Part shown: piece by piece, positions 13,549 to 26,622 of the stretch
Layout of the letters: each line of letters starts with the position of its first letter
Position numbering within the stretch: position 1 is the first letter of the stretch
Origin: Laetmonice hystrix
Taxonomy: Eukaryota
DNA length: 64,000 nt
Reading direction: 5' to 3'
Assembly: GCA_965235115.1 (NCBI GenBank)
Contig: OZ249440.1
Coordinates: forward strand, 32,118,001-32,182,000
Notes under the pieces: model-generated
Told to the model about the DNA's origin: nothing
Databases searched by the model: none
Seen by the model: only the letters and a program-made list of their open reading frames with translations
Program-made: the position numbers and the translations under genes

Positions 13549-13781
13549 GTAGGGAAATGTCGGTAAATGTAATGAGTGTATTATTCAGAGGCTAAGCATG
13601 TGGTTTCACTTTTCCTAGTACTATACTGCAATGCCGGTAGGCCTGCAACTTGCAAGTGCAGCGCCAAGGCCAAGCCAAGGCTAAAACTAGTAAAAGTAGA
13701 CGTCTAGACTAAGCTACTAGATGAGATTTTTAATAAAACTGATTCCAAGTTACCAAATGAGTAGTCTATAGGATGATCATG

Positions 13782-14222
13782 CAGGGTTTCCCCAAGGATT
13801 TCGAACTGGGGGGGGGGGGGGGGGGGAATCAGCACAACAGGAGCAGCAGCCGCCCGCATCAGCAGCAGCCACCCACTGGAAGAGGGAGGGGGGTGGGATT
13901 CATGATGCACTCAGGCCTATAGTTTGTTCTCCAGCCTATTTGTTAATTTCCTTTATAATTCAGCAAGCATTGCAAGAAATTACTCTAAATTTCTCCTACC
14001 TTTATGACATTAAATGATAAAAATTGTCTTGACCCCCCCCCCCCCCCCAGTGTCAGTATAGAGTCTATAGGCTAATTTGCAACAGCCCCAGGCCTGGCTA
14101 GTGTTACAATTTATGGCTGTAAGATAGCTGTAGGATACCCCCCCCCCCCCCAGATCCTGAGTGGGTGGGGTGGGGTGGGGGGGTTAAATCCCCCCCCCGT
14201 CTCCCCCCTGGGGGAAACCCTG
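13782..14222. mobile_element. CAGGGTTTCCCC-TIR MITE
   Basis: cagggtttcccc / ggggaaaccctg, with internal poly-G/C tracts. Confidence 0.7.
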
Positions 14223-16736
14223 ATGATAATTAGGTGGCAAGCCTAGATAGAGGGAGTCTAGTCCTATGTCAAAATTCTCTAAACGATAGGCCTAGAGTAG
14301 AGGAGTCAAATAAACCATGAGTTCAAAGGATGTCTTTCTTCAAATATACCACCCTCGTGCAAAATAATGAAAATGTTAGTTACACACTCTAAAAGGTATC
14401 CTGTCACTTAGCTGGAGCCTGTTTTGCCCAAGGGAGTAGGGACGACCATGGCATTAGTCGATTAGAGCATAGACCTTGATTCATGTCTATGATTAGAGTT
14501 AACTTTAGTGTCGTAGGCCTAGTCTAGAATACATCGTGAGCACCGACCGGGGGGAGGGAGGGAGGGGAGGGGGGGGGGGGGGGTTGTCGCCCAAGTTATT
14601 CTGGAAAAGCGAGACCTAATGAATATACCCTAGGGAGAGTGCACCCCTTTGTACCTGGAACTGCCCTGGCGTTAGGGAGCGAGCACTAGAGTAGCAAGGG
14701 GGTTGGATTTTTTTTATGAGGCATCTTAGAACTAACTAGACCCCTTTTATTTTATCATAAAAGGAATTTTCTCTGCTTCACAGCCCATCCTGCTATAAAG
14801 AAATAACTTCCCATCTTGGTGCCAAAAAAACCCCATGTGGCCCTAGATATTTAATGCCGGTGGTCCCCATACCATAAATGCAAAGAATCACGCTACACAA
14901 AGCAGATTAATTCAGTAAACAATGTCGTTTGGTGTGTGTGGATGTGTGAGTTGGCATATGGGTGAGTGTGCATTTTATAATTTGTATTCGTCTGGTGTAT
15001 TCTGGTGTATTGGGAAATAGAAGCATTGAACACTATCAATTAAAACATCAATTCAACTATCAATAACTTGGTCTAATACTAGCATGTCCTATCAAGTAAT
15101 AGAACAACTTTAGCATAAAATTGGAAAGAGTGGTACAATGTATTGATTAAGATTATGATGAAATTATAAGAATGATTTGTTTATTTGTTTAATTTCAGAC
15201 AAGGAGCCTGCTGAGCCTGATAAGCCTCTACCAAGCACCCCAGAATTAAAAAAAATAAAATGTTTGCAGCACTTTGGAAAAGGATTCCATGTATAAAACA
15301 CAGTGGTCAAGGCGAGGAACCGATGAATTTCATTAGCTGTTCAAGTCAATCTCAGGTCAACAACCAGCCATGAGACAAAATGCTTCAGAGCGCCCAGACT
15401 GCCACAGGCAACTGGACTGTTGAATTTGATTAAATTTCTCCATTTTTTTGGTGGTTAAACGTTAATTGATTTATGCAGTCTAAGGCCCATGGGCGGATCC
15501 AGGATCTTTTTTATGGGGGGGGGGGGGGGGGAGGCTAACCATCGGGCAAAAACATATTATTCGGCTTGGGCCTAAAATATATTGTAAATATGATCATAGT
15601 TGGATGACAAAAGTAAAATCATCCAGAATTTAGGGGGGGGGGGGGAGGGACTGGAGCCGTTGAAGTCGTTGAGATGAGAGACACTAAGTTACTCGGTGTT
15701 TGCTTTAAAAGAGGGGAAAAATTTATTCATCAAAGAATTACACCATCAAAAGCAAAACTTTTACGATTGTTAGAAAATCATGTACATGTACATGTAAAAG
15801 GACCTGCAGTAGAAATAACAGTAGGTAAATTCGATTCGACAAACTAGTCAATAAGGACTTTACAACATCGAGGTTCTTTGGTGAAAATGAAAACGATTGA
15901 GGTTCAGTGGAGGAATCATATGCCATAGTCTCAACCCGTACAGGACAGGACTGGGGGGGGGGGGGGCTAGCCTAGAGTATATCGTAGAGAGTGTCGACAG
16001 TAAGCTGGGCACGCGATTTTTTAAATTTTATTTTCGCGTTTTTTTCTTGCATCTTAGTGGGTTTTAAGGAGATATTACATACAGTGTGCGCGTGATTGGA
16101 CCCCTTGAAAGACAAGACAAGGCAGCTGTACCGAAACGCTGAATAACAATATACTGGAATATGATCATAATCCCTTTATTAATAAATTTTTAGGCTCAAA
16201 GTAGCCTACAAGGTATGTTGTGTTTGTTGAATGTGCTGATAAAAATTGTAGTGAGTAACTGACTCGTTTTGTGAAATGCCACCGGAGACTATAATTTATT
16301 AGATTTTGAAATACCACCTCGTGCACACATGTGACCATAGCCGCCCAGGCCAAGGGTGTAGACAGAGGGGGGGGGGGGTTCTATTAACCACTGCCTTCTT
16401 AGTATAAAAAAAACAATCCATACCGGGAGTCGGGGGGGGGGGGGGGCAACCCAAAGTATTTTAGCTGATGACCTCTTGGGGTTACCTAATCATAACTTTC
16501 ATTCATTTATCATTTATTTTTTTATTTTGGGGGGCTACAGTCACCCTTGCCGCCGTGCCTCCTTTATCAATATAAAGTTGTAGGTTATATAATTATAAGT
16601 TAACCTAGGCCTAGCCATATTCCCCACATGGAATAGCTTCCCCTTGGGACCTGGCCCCTATTCATTTTTTCTACTTCACCGGGCTCATTTCACTAAGAGC
16701 TCGTATATGGCCTTGTTATAGGGGGGGCGAAGATAA

Positions 16737-16918
16737 CAGTGGCGGATCCAGGGGGGTGTCGGCGACGTCAGGACCCCCCCCCCCCCCCCCTCAAATTTGC
16801 CAAATTTAATTTTTTATAACGGAACGACCCCCCCCCCCCCCCTCGATTTGCCCTTTTTATACTGGACCCCCCTAGGACCCCCCCCCCCCCCTGAATATAG
16901 ACCCTAGATCCGTCCCTG
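16737..16918. mobile_element. CAGTGGCGGATCC-type MITE with 5-bp TSD
   Basis: TIR-like ends and a perfect GATAA duplication (16732-16736, 16919-16923). Confidence 0.8.
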
Positions 16919-18028
16919 GATAATAATCCCTTGGCTTGGGTAGGGGCTTGCTTTACTACACTAACGAGCCCCTGACTTGTCAATATCGGCTTGCCGATGG
17001 CGATTGTCTGACCGTGACGGTCTCTGTGGCAGCCCACTCCGCAAACAACGGTGGTTGGTAGGCCTACTTGGGCCAACGATCCTTGCTTTGGCCTTGTACT
17101 TGTAGTAGCCTACTTTGACTGTTCCCGTCAGGGAAATGTATCTTCTATTAATCTAAACAGAGTAGAGGTCTAGGTCTGGGTGTTAGTCACGGACCTTACC
17201 TACTACTACTGTACTAGATCTAGCCTCTACTATGCAGCATGCTAGGCGCCCAGCCATACTAACTAAAATATCTGCTATCCAGTATCAGAAAATTTGTAAT
17301 ACAGTGGGATCGATAGCACAACTTGTGACTTCTATGGCAATTCCATCTGAAAACTTAATTGTTGTTGTGTCACTCCAAATTTATCACAATACGTCCTCGG
17401 ATAACGTCCAGGGTAACGTGGGCGATAATACCAGTTCGACTCAACTCTACACGACAACCACTTGGTGGCGCCACCGCTCGCGCCGTTACAACGTTATCCA
17501 ATGGGAGCAGTCGCTGAGTGAACTATCTTACCATTCATAGATCTTTGGTTCCGTTTGTAGTGTACTTTTGATTGCCTCCCAGGCATTTTGACACTTCTCT
17601 GTGTCATGATGCAATATGTGTCGCGCATTATATATGTCTCCTGACACCCTCTATCAGCTCCCCAACCTGTTGCTTTGTCGGGGTTGTATATTCCCGCGGC
17701 CTGGTTGGTGTGAGGGCTTCCCCAAATTGACGTCATATTAGGGAGTTCCCCTTGCGTTTACCGGCGCGTTCATCGCAAAAATTGGGCAGTGTTGGAAAAT
17801 TGCGATCAACGGATCCGTTTGATCGCACCCAATAATCGTGGCCGGAGGTGTGTGTCATGCTTGGTTGTAAACCATAATGTCCAAACCCATTTGGACGGAT
17901 GCGATGACTGGACGCGGTGTACGGATGCGGTAAACGCTTGTATGTGTCACCAGCTTTACCTGTTGTTTGCAAAGTTATAAACCTTTCGATAATTCAAGAT
18001 GTTAGGCCATCCAGTCACCTGTGTATCA

Positions 18029-19484
18029 CAGGGATGAAAGTTTTCAGGAAATTTCCTGAAATCAGGAAATTTGAAAAAATCCCCCCCCCCCAAGAAATAA
18101 CACCCAAAAAAGGAAATAGGCCTAGATCTATAGGCAAAAGAGGTAGGCCTAAGCCAAGGCTAAGTATTGCCCTGGACTGTGTGGTGGGCAATTAATATCA
18201 AATGAAACAATATCCCCTTCCAGGACGTTTTTTAACACCATGCAGCTCAATATATCTTTACCTGCCAAAGTTCGTTTATAGATGGGGATATTAGAGTGTC
18301 TCAAACCCGTTCAGTGTCACGGGTGCCACCGTGCATAGGCCGGTCTGCCGGGGGTGCTGGTCCCTGTAGCTGTGGTGACATCGCTCACATAGACCGGCCC
18401 GCGTGGGCTGACTTCTACCGGCACGCGGTGGCGTCTGTCCTGTCTGGCAGGCACGGCCCCGTGTCGCTGTGGTGAGAGCGACTCACCTCAGGTAATGACT
18501 TCAGGCAAAATTGATGGTCAGGCAGCTGCGAAGCCCGTTGATTCAGGCTTGCCATTATGCCATATCCATGCGCGAGTTTTGCCTGAGCGCTCACTTAGTG
18601 AACGAGACTATAGTATAGACAGACCGGTCTGTCTAGTCCCGGCGTTGGTGATAGTGATTAGGCTGACGAACTATGCACCATCACAATGTCACTCCTCACA
18701 GGAAACTGGGTCAATTTAGTTCTATGAATCTGCCTAGTATATATGTCAGTAAGTTCTCATAATGTGTTCTTGCATATAAATTTGAGGATAGTGGCATTAC
18801 GTAAGTGGTTTTCACTGAAGTTTTGGGGTTGTCAGGACTTTTCATTACATTTGTCGATCAGTGCAGGTGTCCTGATAAGACCGGAAGTGACAATTTTCAC
18901 AACAACATGAGTGGCACATGGACACACGGGCTGAACCACTCGACTCAGCGAAGCCTGTGTTGCTTGGCTGAGAGCCGCTGAGGGTCGTGACTGCTGAGGG
19001 TCAAGACTGATGGACAGCCTGTGTGGTCAGTCTAACACATGGAAGCTGTTTGACAACGTAATCGGTTGCATTTTGGACGCTAAAAGCCGACTGGATTCCA
19101 ATGTTGGAGAGAGACGGCAGAGCCAGGCAGAGGTTGACATGCACTGACTGTGACTGAGTGACAGGCAAGCAACAGCCTTGAACAGGGGCATGGACTGATG
19201 AGTGATGGAGTCTATCCAGCAAACTTGCAGGGGTGGGGGGTTGAGGGGGTGGGGGTGGGGGGGTGGCGACTAAATACTGAGGGCTAGGCCCTATAATATA
19301 TAATAGCTAGGAGGCCTTATCGGATCATGATTGTCTGCTGTTCCTAGCCTGACTTTTTTTAAGGGGGGGGGGGGGTAAGCCTTGGATGTGCGCATGAACA
19401 AATATTAATTATGGACATTGGCCCCCGCCGCTCCCCCCCGGTCAGAATTTCAGGAAATTTTACAGCTGGCCACTTTCATCCCTG
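18029..19484. mobile_element. Non-autonomous TIR element with 6-bp TSD
   Basis: cagggatgaaagt / actttcatccctg, with GTATCA at 18023-18028 and 19485-19490. Confidence 0.85.
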
Positions 19485-20255
19485 GTATCATAAATATTTG
19501 CTGATTTATTAATAATTATAACACTTGTCCCCATATGAGCACGTTAGAGATGCATATGAGCAGAGATCTGAGGTGCCAGAAAGGTACATATACCAGTGTG
19601 CCCTTTTGGCTTACCCCATCAGTGAATATGCCACTGGATAGAAACGTGCCAGAAGGTATCAATTGCACTGGCCCCCTTGTGGCACAGGCAATAAGTTCTG
19701 TAGATATTGGTTCTTATTGTGCCATAAAGATACAAACGCACCAACTACCTTGTAGAATACAGAAACATGCTGAAGCATGGTAATATTTACCAACCAGAAG
19801 GACACATAAGCATTTATTCCGTTATAGACAGCCTCAGCGTGTTCATGGTACACTCCAGAAGGGCTCATGAGCACTTATGCCCTTTGGTATCTGGGTCATA
19901 ACTCCATGATTATTCAACGTATCCAAACCATATTTTGAGAAATGATAGTCCAATATGGGTACAAGTGTGCTTGGGACCTTATGGCGGTCAACCGACGAAA
20001 TGTCATACGCCTGCTAGTGTACTTTATGAAAAAGCAACACACTATTTCCCCTAGTCCAGTGGAAACTATTTTACAGGCATTTGTTACCAAATTATGAATA
20101 ACATGCATGAAGTTTTTATAGTTCCTTTCGGCACCAGAGATAAGTAGCAATTAAAATTCTATGCTGTGAAATTATCTTTCATATGAACCAAATATTTCTA
20201 AGACACACACCACTAGAAACTACTGTAGGAAACCATTTGAGAATCCTCAGGAGAA

Positions 20256-20951
20256 TCTCTATCTCCTAGGAAAAAGGTATCAGTGAGGACAGCAATTTGT
20301 TTTGCTTTCTGCTGAGCAAATAATTACCAGTAACAGCCACGGACTACTACATGTATAAGCCTTAACATTAAACAAATCATTTTAGCCACAAAAGATTGGC
20401 ATCTACAGTCAACCAGTATAGGCCTACTTATACGTTATAATTACAATAACCTAGACCCCACTGAGTTCCTACACCTTAAGGTAACTCTTTGAAGGTCACC
20501 TAAATGCAAAAGTAATGGTTTGTGTAAACGTGAATCTTTAATCAAAATATGGTCACTGAAAACTCATAGCTGTCTGTCAGTATCCCTATCTCGTAGGAAA
20601 AAGGTATCAGTGAGGACAGCAATTTGTTGTGCTTTCTGCTGAGCAAATAACTACCAGTAACAGCCACGGACTACTACATGTATAAGCCTTAACATTAAAC
20701 AAATCATTTTAGCCACAAAAGATTGGCATCTACAGTAAACCAGTATATACTTATATGTTATTCATTTCTTCATGACTCACCTATCGTGCAGAACCGAAAC
20801 TTACATAACACAAGATAATGTCAATAACCTAGACCCCCACCGAGTTCCTACACCTTAAGGTAACTCTTTGAAGGTAACCTAAATGCAAAAGTAATGGTTT
20901 GTGTAAACGTGAATCTTTAATCAAAATATGGTCACTGAAAACTCATAGCTG
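20256..20951. repeat. Tandem duplication of ~330 bp
   Basis: 20256-20573 is repeated at 20584-20951 with an internal indel. Confidence 0.85.
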
Positions 20952-21253
20952 GCACGTCTGTCAGTATGGTATCTACTGCCTTTTATTCAGTATATTTCTT
21001 GCAAGTTTCTCTTTCGGTTTTGATTTTCCATACATTCTTAGAATGTCCCTGAGTCGTCTGTCCTTTTTTGGCGAGGACAGGTTTGGCCATTTCTTTTTCA
21101 TGAAAGTCTTTATGTTCTTATCAGTTGTTCTTCTGCTTTTTATGTCGGCCAGAGTGACGCCCCCCTCCCCCCCACGAAAAAAAGAGGAGACAGAAGTGGG
21201 GGGGATATATATTTTCTATTTTAAACTTAGAGACTGTCCATTAAATTAATTAC

Positions 21254-21675
21254 CAGAAATTCTTCTTCTGGTTCTTCACCATCGTCATGATCTGGTAGTT
21301 CAGGTTGTCTCATAGCTGGTACGCAAGGATCTGTCTGATCTGGTACGTGAGGATCTGTCTGATCTGGTACGCAAGGAATTGTCTGATCTGGTACCTGAGG
21401 ATCTGTCTGATCTGGTACGTGAGGATCTGCCTGATCTGGGACATCAGAATTTGTCTGATCTGGTACGCAAGGATCTGTGTGATCTTTTACGTCAGAATCT
21501 ATCTGATCTGGTACGCAAGGATCTGTGTGATCTGGTACGTCAGAATCTGTCTGAACTGGTACATAAGGGTCTGTCTGATTTGGTGCTTCGCATTCTTCTT
21601 TATCTGCAGCTTCAGGTTCTTCCCCATCTGGAGATACTGCTTCATTGTTTTTAGCATGAATGGATGTAGACGCAC
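21254..21675 (-). pseudogene. Putative exon encoding an acidic 8-aa repeat (24-bp minisatellite)
   Basis: Stop-free - strand frame GASTSIH...(PDQTDPxV)x~11...DGEEPEEEFL, bounded by a ttaag acceptor and GTAATT donor. Confidence 0.55.
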
Positions 21676-22492
21676 CTTAAGAGGACTATGGGAAATGATA
21701 AGAATCCAAACTTTATACACAACAGTTGGTTGGCAGACAACATCCTGATGAATACTCCACTTCTGCTAAGTACTCCCCAGTTATATTGCATTTATCGTCA
21801 ACATTAACAATGACCAATTTGTACTTGCTTTTTAATGGCTAATCAAATTTGTTTCATTTTCATTCAGTGAGGAGCAGAGGTGAGCTTTCATATAGAGAAA
21901 GTAATCTGTACCCTATTAGTTATTCCATATTTTCTTTTGTAAAATGTTAAATTAAAACCGATTTTTTTATGCTTGGAGTAAGTAAACCTCGAACTGGACT
22001 GGCTTAGTGCTAGGTCTCATGATAATAAACTAACCTTGAGCTTGCACCATGTCTCCCTGCATTATCGTTCTCCTGGCGGACCCGATATCAAATCCAGGGA
22101 TCTCTACCAAATTTTAAATACCAATTGTTCAGAGCATGCAGCAAATGACCGTGACTTTAAGGGACAGCATCATTTCGTCAAATGCAGTGCAAAAGTTGAT
22201 AACACTATGCAGTTTTGTACAGGATAAGCTTATCAGACTTGTTGAGGTTTTACCATACCTGCACAAATAACAGATTTCTTTACCGAAAATAGAATTAAAT
22301 GTACTCCAAATTCTTGACTTTCCTATTCAATAATTCAAATTTTCTGCAGTTTATAACTCCAGACTCATTTCATCTGATGTATCCCCTAACAATTTTGTAA
22401 AGCACCCAGAGTATGGTTTTATCACAGCATGTAAAAAAAGGTTGTGAACAGATTTTTATGGTGAAAGTAAGAAGGTGAACAGAGATACACAC

Positions 22493-22722
22493 CACATTCA
22501 GCTGCTTTGAGGTCTGTTGTGGTCAGCTCCTCTTGGGTCAGAATTTTTTGCAGTATGTTGGATATTCTAACATTGCGGTTCGTCCTAATGCTATCATTGT
22601 AAGTTTTCTGTTGTGTTGCGGTAGAGTGGGACATGAGTGTTGCAAGGTCAGCCCTTTCTTCTACCAAGCACAAACTGGAAACTAGCGTCACTGCTAAGTG
22701 GCGCAACTTGGTGCAAGTTAGC
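22493..22722 (-). pseudogene. Tyrosine recombinase C-terminal catalytic exon
   Basis: After a ctctttgcag acceptor it reads LTCTKLRHLAVTLVSSLCLVEERADLATLMSHSTATQQKTYND, giving R...H-x8-Y box II spacing. Confidence 0.65.
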
Positions 22723-23524
22723 CTGCAAAGAGAGGAATAACCAACAAATAACAGCAATTCTCGTGTAATATTATACAGGCATGGAGTACATGAAAGAACA
22801 CCTTTGGGGTTACAGATTAAAAGAAAAGACCACCGCCAGTCTGTACAGGCCAGGCACACAGGACGTGATAATCTAAGCAAGTTAAAAAATATTTGAACAA
22901 AATTGGTGCTTAAATATTTAAGATATAAGCACTTAAGTGCCGGAGCCTGCTTAGAACCTGCTCCGCTGGTGATGGCGGCCATAGCTGTCTGCTTGGGCTA
23001 ATCTCTTGGTCTAATCTCACATTGCGCATGCTCCAACCACTGCTCTCCAGTTTGGGAGGAACGAAAAACTGACGCACCTGTTGCGTTGAGCGAACCATAG
23101 ACCATGCTGTATGGTCTATGAGCGAACGTTGACAGCTTATTTATATAAGCAAAATTTGTTAGAACATAGACGAAAACTACCGATCATAGTAAAGAGGATT
23201 GGCTAGGAATTAAGCCTACCGATGTCAGGGGATATATCAGGGTGGACACGGATCTCGGCAAGCGCCAGCCGTGGGTTTCGGCCGCCTGCATTCGTGATGT
23301 TGACGGCACCCGCAGGGCGACTGGGCCGGGCTCTGACCGTGGCTTCGACCGCGGGCGGGTGCTGGCAGTGTCAGACTCTTGTGGTCACTTCAGCACAGAC
23401 CTGTTTTAGTTGTGACTGTGACTGTGGGACTGACCCCCGTTGATTTTGCCGACCCGCCCCGGCTGCCTTTACTAGTCTAGTCTAGTCTAGTCCCTGCATG
23501 TAATAGATTAGCCCCGAAACGTCA

Positions 23525-23710
23525 CTTCCGGCCAGCCCAATAGCAACAAATGGCTGCGCCGCTGAAGCCAGTGATTTTGACATGGTTGTCATGTTCAACA
23601 TATGACTTCTTGGAATGGGGGGATATTTATTTCCAACCACTACTCTGAAAGGTGAGTGGATATAGAGGCCTTGCAGCTGTCCAAATGCGATTTTTGACTG
23701 GTCTTCTCCT
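23525..23710 (+). repeat. Interspersed repeat with a direct copy at ~37870-38050
   Basis: aaatggctgcgc-gctgaagccagtgattttgacatggttgtcatgttcaacatatgac is shared. Confidence 0.85.
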
Positions 23711-25123
23711 CAGATTAACTAGATTACTAGTGAAAACTAATTCATTGTACTCATCCATTTATATTAGCGATAGCAAGATGATGGGTTGTATAAGTGACCG
23801 GAAAAGATTTTAAAAACATAGTACATGTATTTAACCGAAGTTGGGCCATCATGTTCTGATTTTATTGGCCACCTTCTTTGAAGGGGCATCAAAAAGATTA
23901 AACATCTTTATCAATTCTTCCCATGATATATAAAAAATATTCCCACTCAATTTAAAATAAAAAAGGCAATGGCTGCTGCCAAAGTACTTTGGGCGGAAGA
24001 CCACCAAAAGGCTATTGCCAAAGTACCAATCAAAATACAGTATTTCTACTTTGGCAGCAACAAGCCAGGGTAATTGCTACCCAAGTACCAATGGGCGACC
24101 GGCTTACAAACTGCTTGTTGCCTGATCCTGCCAAAGTACTTTGGAAGCAAGAAACATGTACACGGTCAACTCGGGGTTGATGCATGTAACAAAGTACTGT
24201 GTCCACATTATAAAGCCACACGATTGTGCAGAAGACCGTGGGCTTCAGTATCAAAGTACTTTGTCAGCAACTTTATCAGGAACTCTTATTGCACATGTGG
24301 ACGAAGAACTTTGTCTGGAAGCGCTGTTACCAAAGTCTATGGGTACACATGCACTGAAGTGTGAAAGCACAAAAGTTGTTAGGGGACGTTCAGACTATTA
24401 CCGCGTTATATCAGTGGCGGATCCGGGGGTAGGGAGTTAACACCCTAGCCAATTCTGTCTTTTTCACCATTGAACGGTCTTAATTGTCCATGACTACTCC
24501 CCTCCCCCAGAAAATACTTCCCTTAACCCCTTCCTAAATCCCGCATCCGCCCTGTATCAATACGGGTTTTAATACCAAAGTAGGCCTACTTTGACAGGAA
24601 AAAGTGTGATTAGGCCTATACTACAATTTCTAAGCATGACCTACTGAGCCAACGTCCTTTTTGTCTGGAAACATGAAATCTCTGGACCTGAGATTTAGTT
24701 TTGACACACTTTTTCATGACATACAGGGACATTTTCGATGGCGAAGTACTTTGTCAGGTGACGCTGTCTTAACGTGACGTTTATTGACAGAATAAAGTCA
24801 GGAAGTCAAGTGGTACTATATTTTGAACATGAGCTTTATTGCCAATGACCCTTCACATTGGACATCGAGAATTACAACTGTCGGTGTGGAGAAAATCTTG
24901 GGTGTAAAAGCAAAAGGTATACTCGTAGTTTGCTGACGTAGTCAAGGTAATGTAGGTCTATGTAATTTGGAGATGCCAATTAATATGCGAAACTGTGTAA
25001 CCCTGAAAAAAAGCCTTTCAGAACTTCTTTCGCGAGTTACAGTAAAACAGCCTGCGGTAATTTGGCCTGAATCTGTATAGTAATATGGAACACTTAGAAA
25101 AAGTGGACACCAGTGGCAACAGT

Positions 25124-25526
25124 AATTTGGTAATCGCAAAGCAGCCTAACCCCCTACCACTTGCTGCCACAGTACTTTGGTAATAGCAAAACAGCCTAAC
25201 CCCCTACCCCTTGCTGCCACAGTACTTTGGTAATAGCAAAACAGCCTAACCCCCTACCCCTTGCTGCTTCAGTGCTTTGGTAATAGCAAAGCAGCCTAAC
25301 CCCCTACCCCTTGCTGCCACAGTACCTTGGCAATAACAATGCAGCCGAACCCCCTATCCCTTGCTGCCACAGTACCTTGGCAATAACAATGCAGCCTAAC
25401 CCCCTATCCCTTGCTGCCACAGTACCTTGGCAATAACAATGCAGCCTAACCCCCTACCCCTTGCTGTACCATTACTTTGGCAATAACAATGCAGCCTAAC
25501 GCCTTACCCCTTGCTGCCACAGTACC
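25124..25526. repeat. 50-bp minisatellite, ~8 copies
   Basis: Unit gcagcctaaccccctaccccttgctgccacagtactttggtaatagcaaa starts at 25141, 25191, ... 25491. Confidence 0.95.
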
Positions 25527-26236
25527 GGTCTTACTCCAGCTTACCTTGCTCAACACTGGTCACCTTCAAATGTTAATTTATCTTTTCGGCATGTTAGACT
25601 TTTTTCTACAATAACTGAATCCATCTACAAGGCCAACCTGCGCCAGCTACTTTAACTCGGCTGGCAACTTTGTTTTTTTTTCCAAAATGCCAAAATCACA
25701 AGGTCTTGTGCTCAACATGGCATTTGAGATGTTGATTGCACTTGATGACAAAAAAGTGATAGTGCCTGCTACTTTAGCCTAATTCCCGCCTACTCAAAAA
25801 CAATTTGAAAGCCCTGGACTTAGAATGGTTGGTGTCTTTCCCCAGGAATGAGAGTCAAATACTGTAAAAGATGGTGTATACTGCCCATTTGTTTTACCCC
25901 CAAACTTGTCTCTGAAAATCGAGTATACACAAGTCTAAGCAAAAACCATTGTTGGTTGGAACATTCTGACTCCCGAAAATAGATGATAAAATAGGGTCTT
26001 TGGTTTGAGAGTCACTACAGTGTTAAGTAGCACTTGGAAATACACATCCGAGAATACAAGAAACCCAGATATCTTTAATAAAGGCATTAGTTTTGGTTTT
26101 GAATGTGTAGTTTTAAAATACTTTGTTATAAACTTGGAACTTAGGCCGACTTGTCATAACTGCGGAATGTTAGAGGTGCGACATTAGTGTTATTTACCAC
26201 TCCACGTCACTACCATAGTCTATGGTAGTGGTCTAA

Positions 26237-26622
26237 AGGCCTTCATCCACCGCTGCAGCAGAGGACCGCAAGCGGCCACAAGAGACCGCAAGGCGGTCGC
26301 TGCAGCATGACCGTAATGCGACACTTTTTTCACTGATCAACCAAAGCGGCTGCGTTGCAGACAAGATGGCATATGCATTGACCATTGCTCTGGGGACGTA
26401 ACAATGCCGATGTTCTGATTGGCTGATTCCTTGCAGTCGAGCAAATCACGCCGCAAAATATCAAACATGCTAGATGTTGCCGCAAGTTGACCACAAGGCC
26501 GCAACACTGCCGCAATGGAGTTGCAAGATGCTGATCCACCAAAGCGGATGCCTTGCGGCTTCCCTGCCACAAGCACGTCCGCAAGAGAATCACAAGGAAA
26601 TCGCAGCGGTGGATCAAGGCCT
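26237..26622. mobile_element. PIF/Harbinger-like MITE
   Basis: TIR aggccttcatccaccgctgc / gcagcggtggatcaaggcct with TAA TSD. Confidence 0.85.

Noticed and set aside
21305..21748. + strand repeat ORFs (ICLIWYAR / LSDLVR leucine-rich-like)
   Set aside because: By-products of a 24-bp repeat. Splice signals and flanking composition favour the - strand frame.
25124..25526. CRISPR-like array
   Set aside because: Units are contiguous near-identical 50-mers with no unique spacers, there are no cas genes, and the context is eukaryotic.
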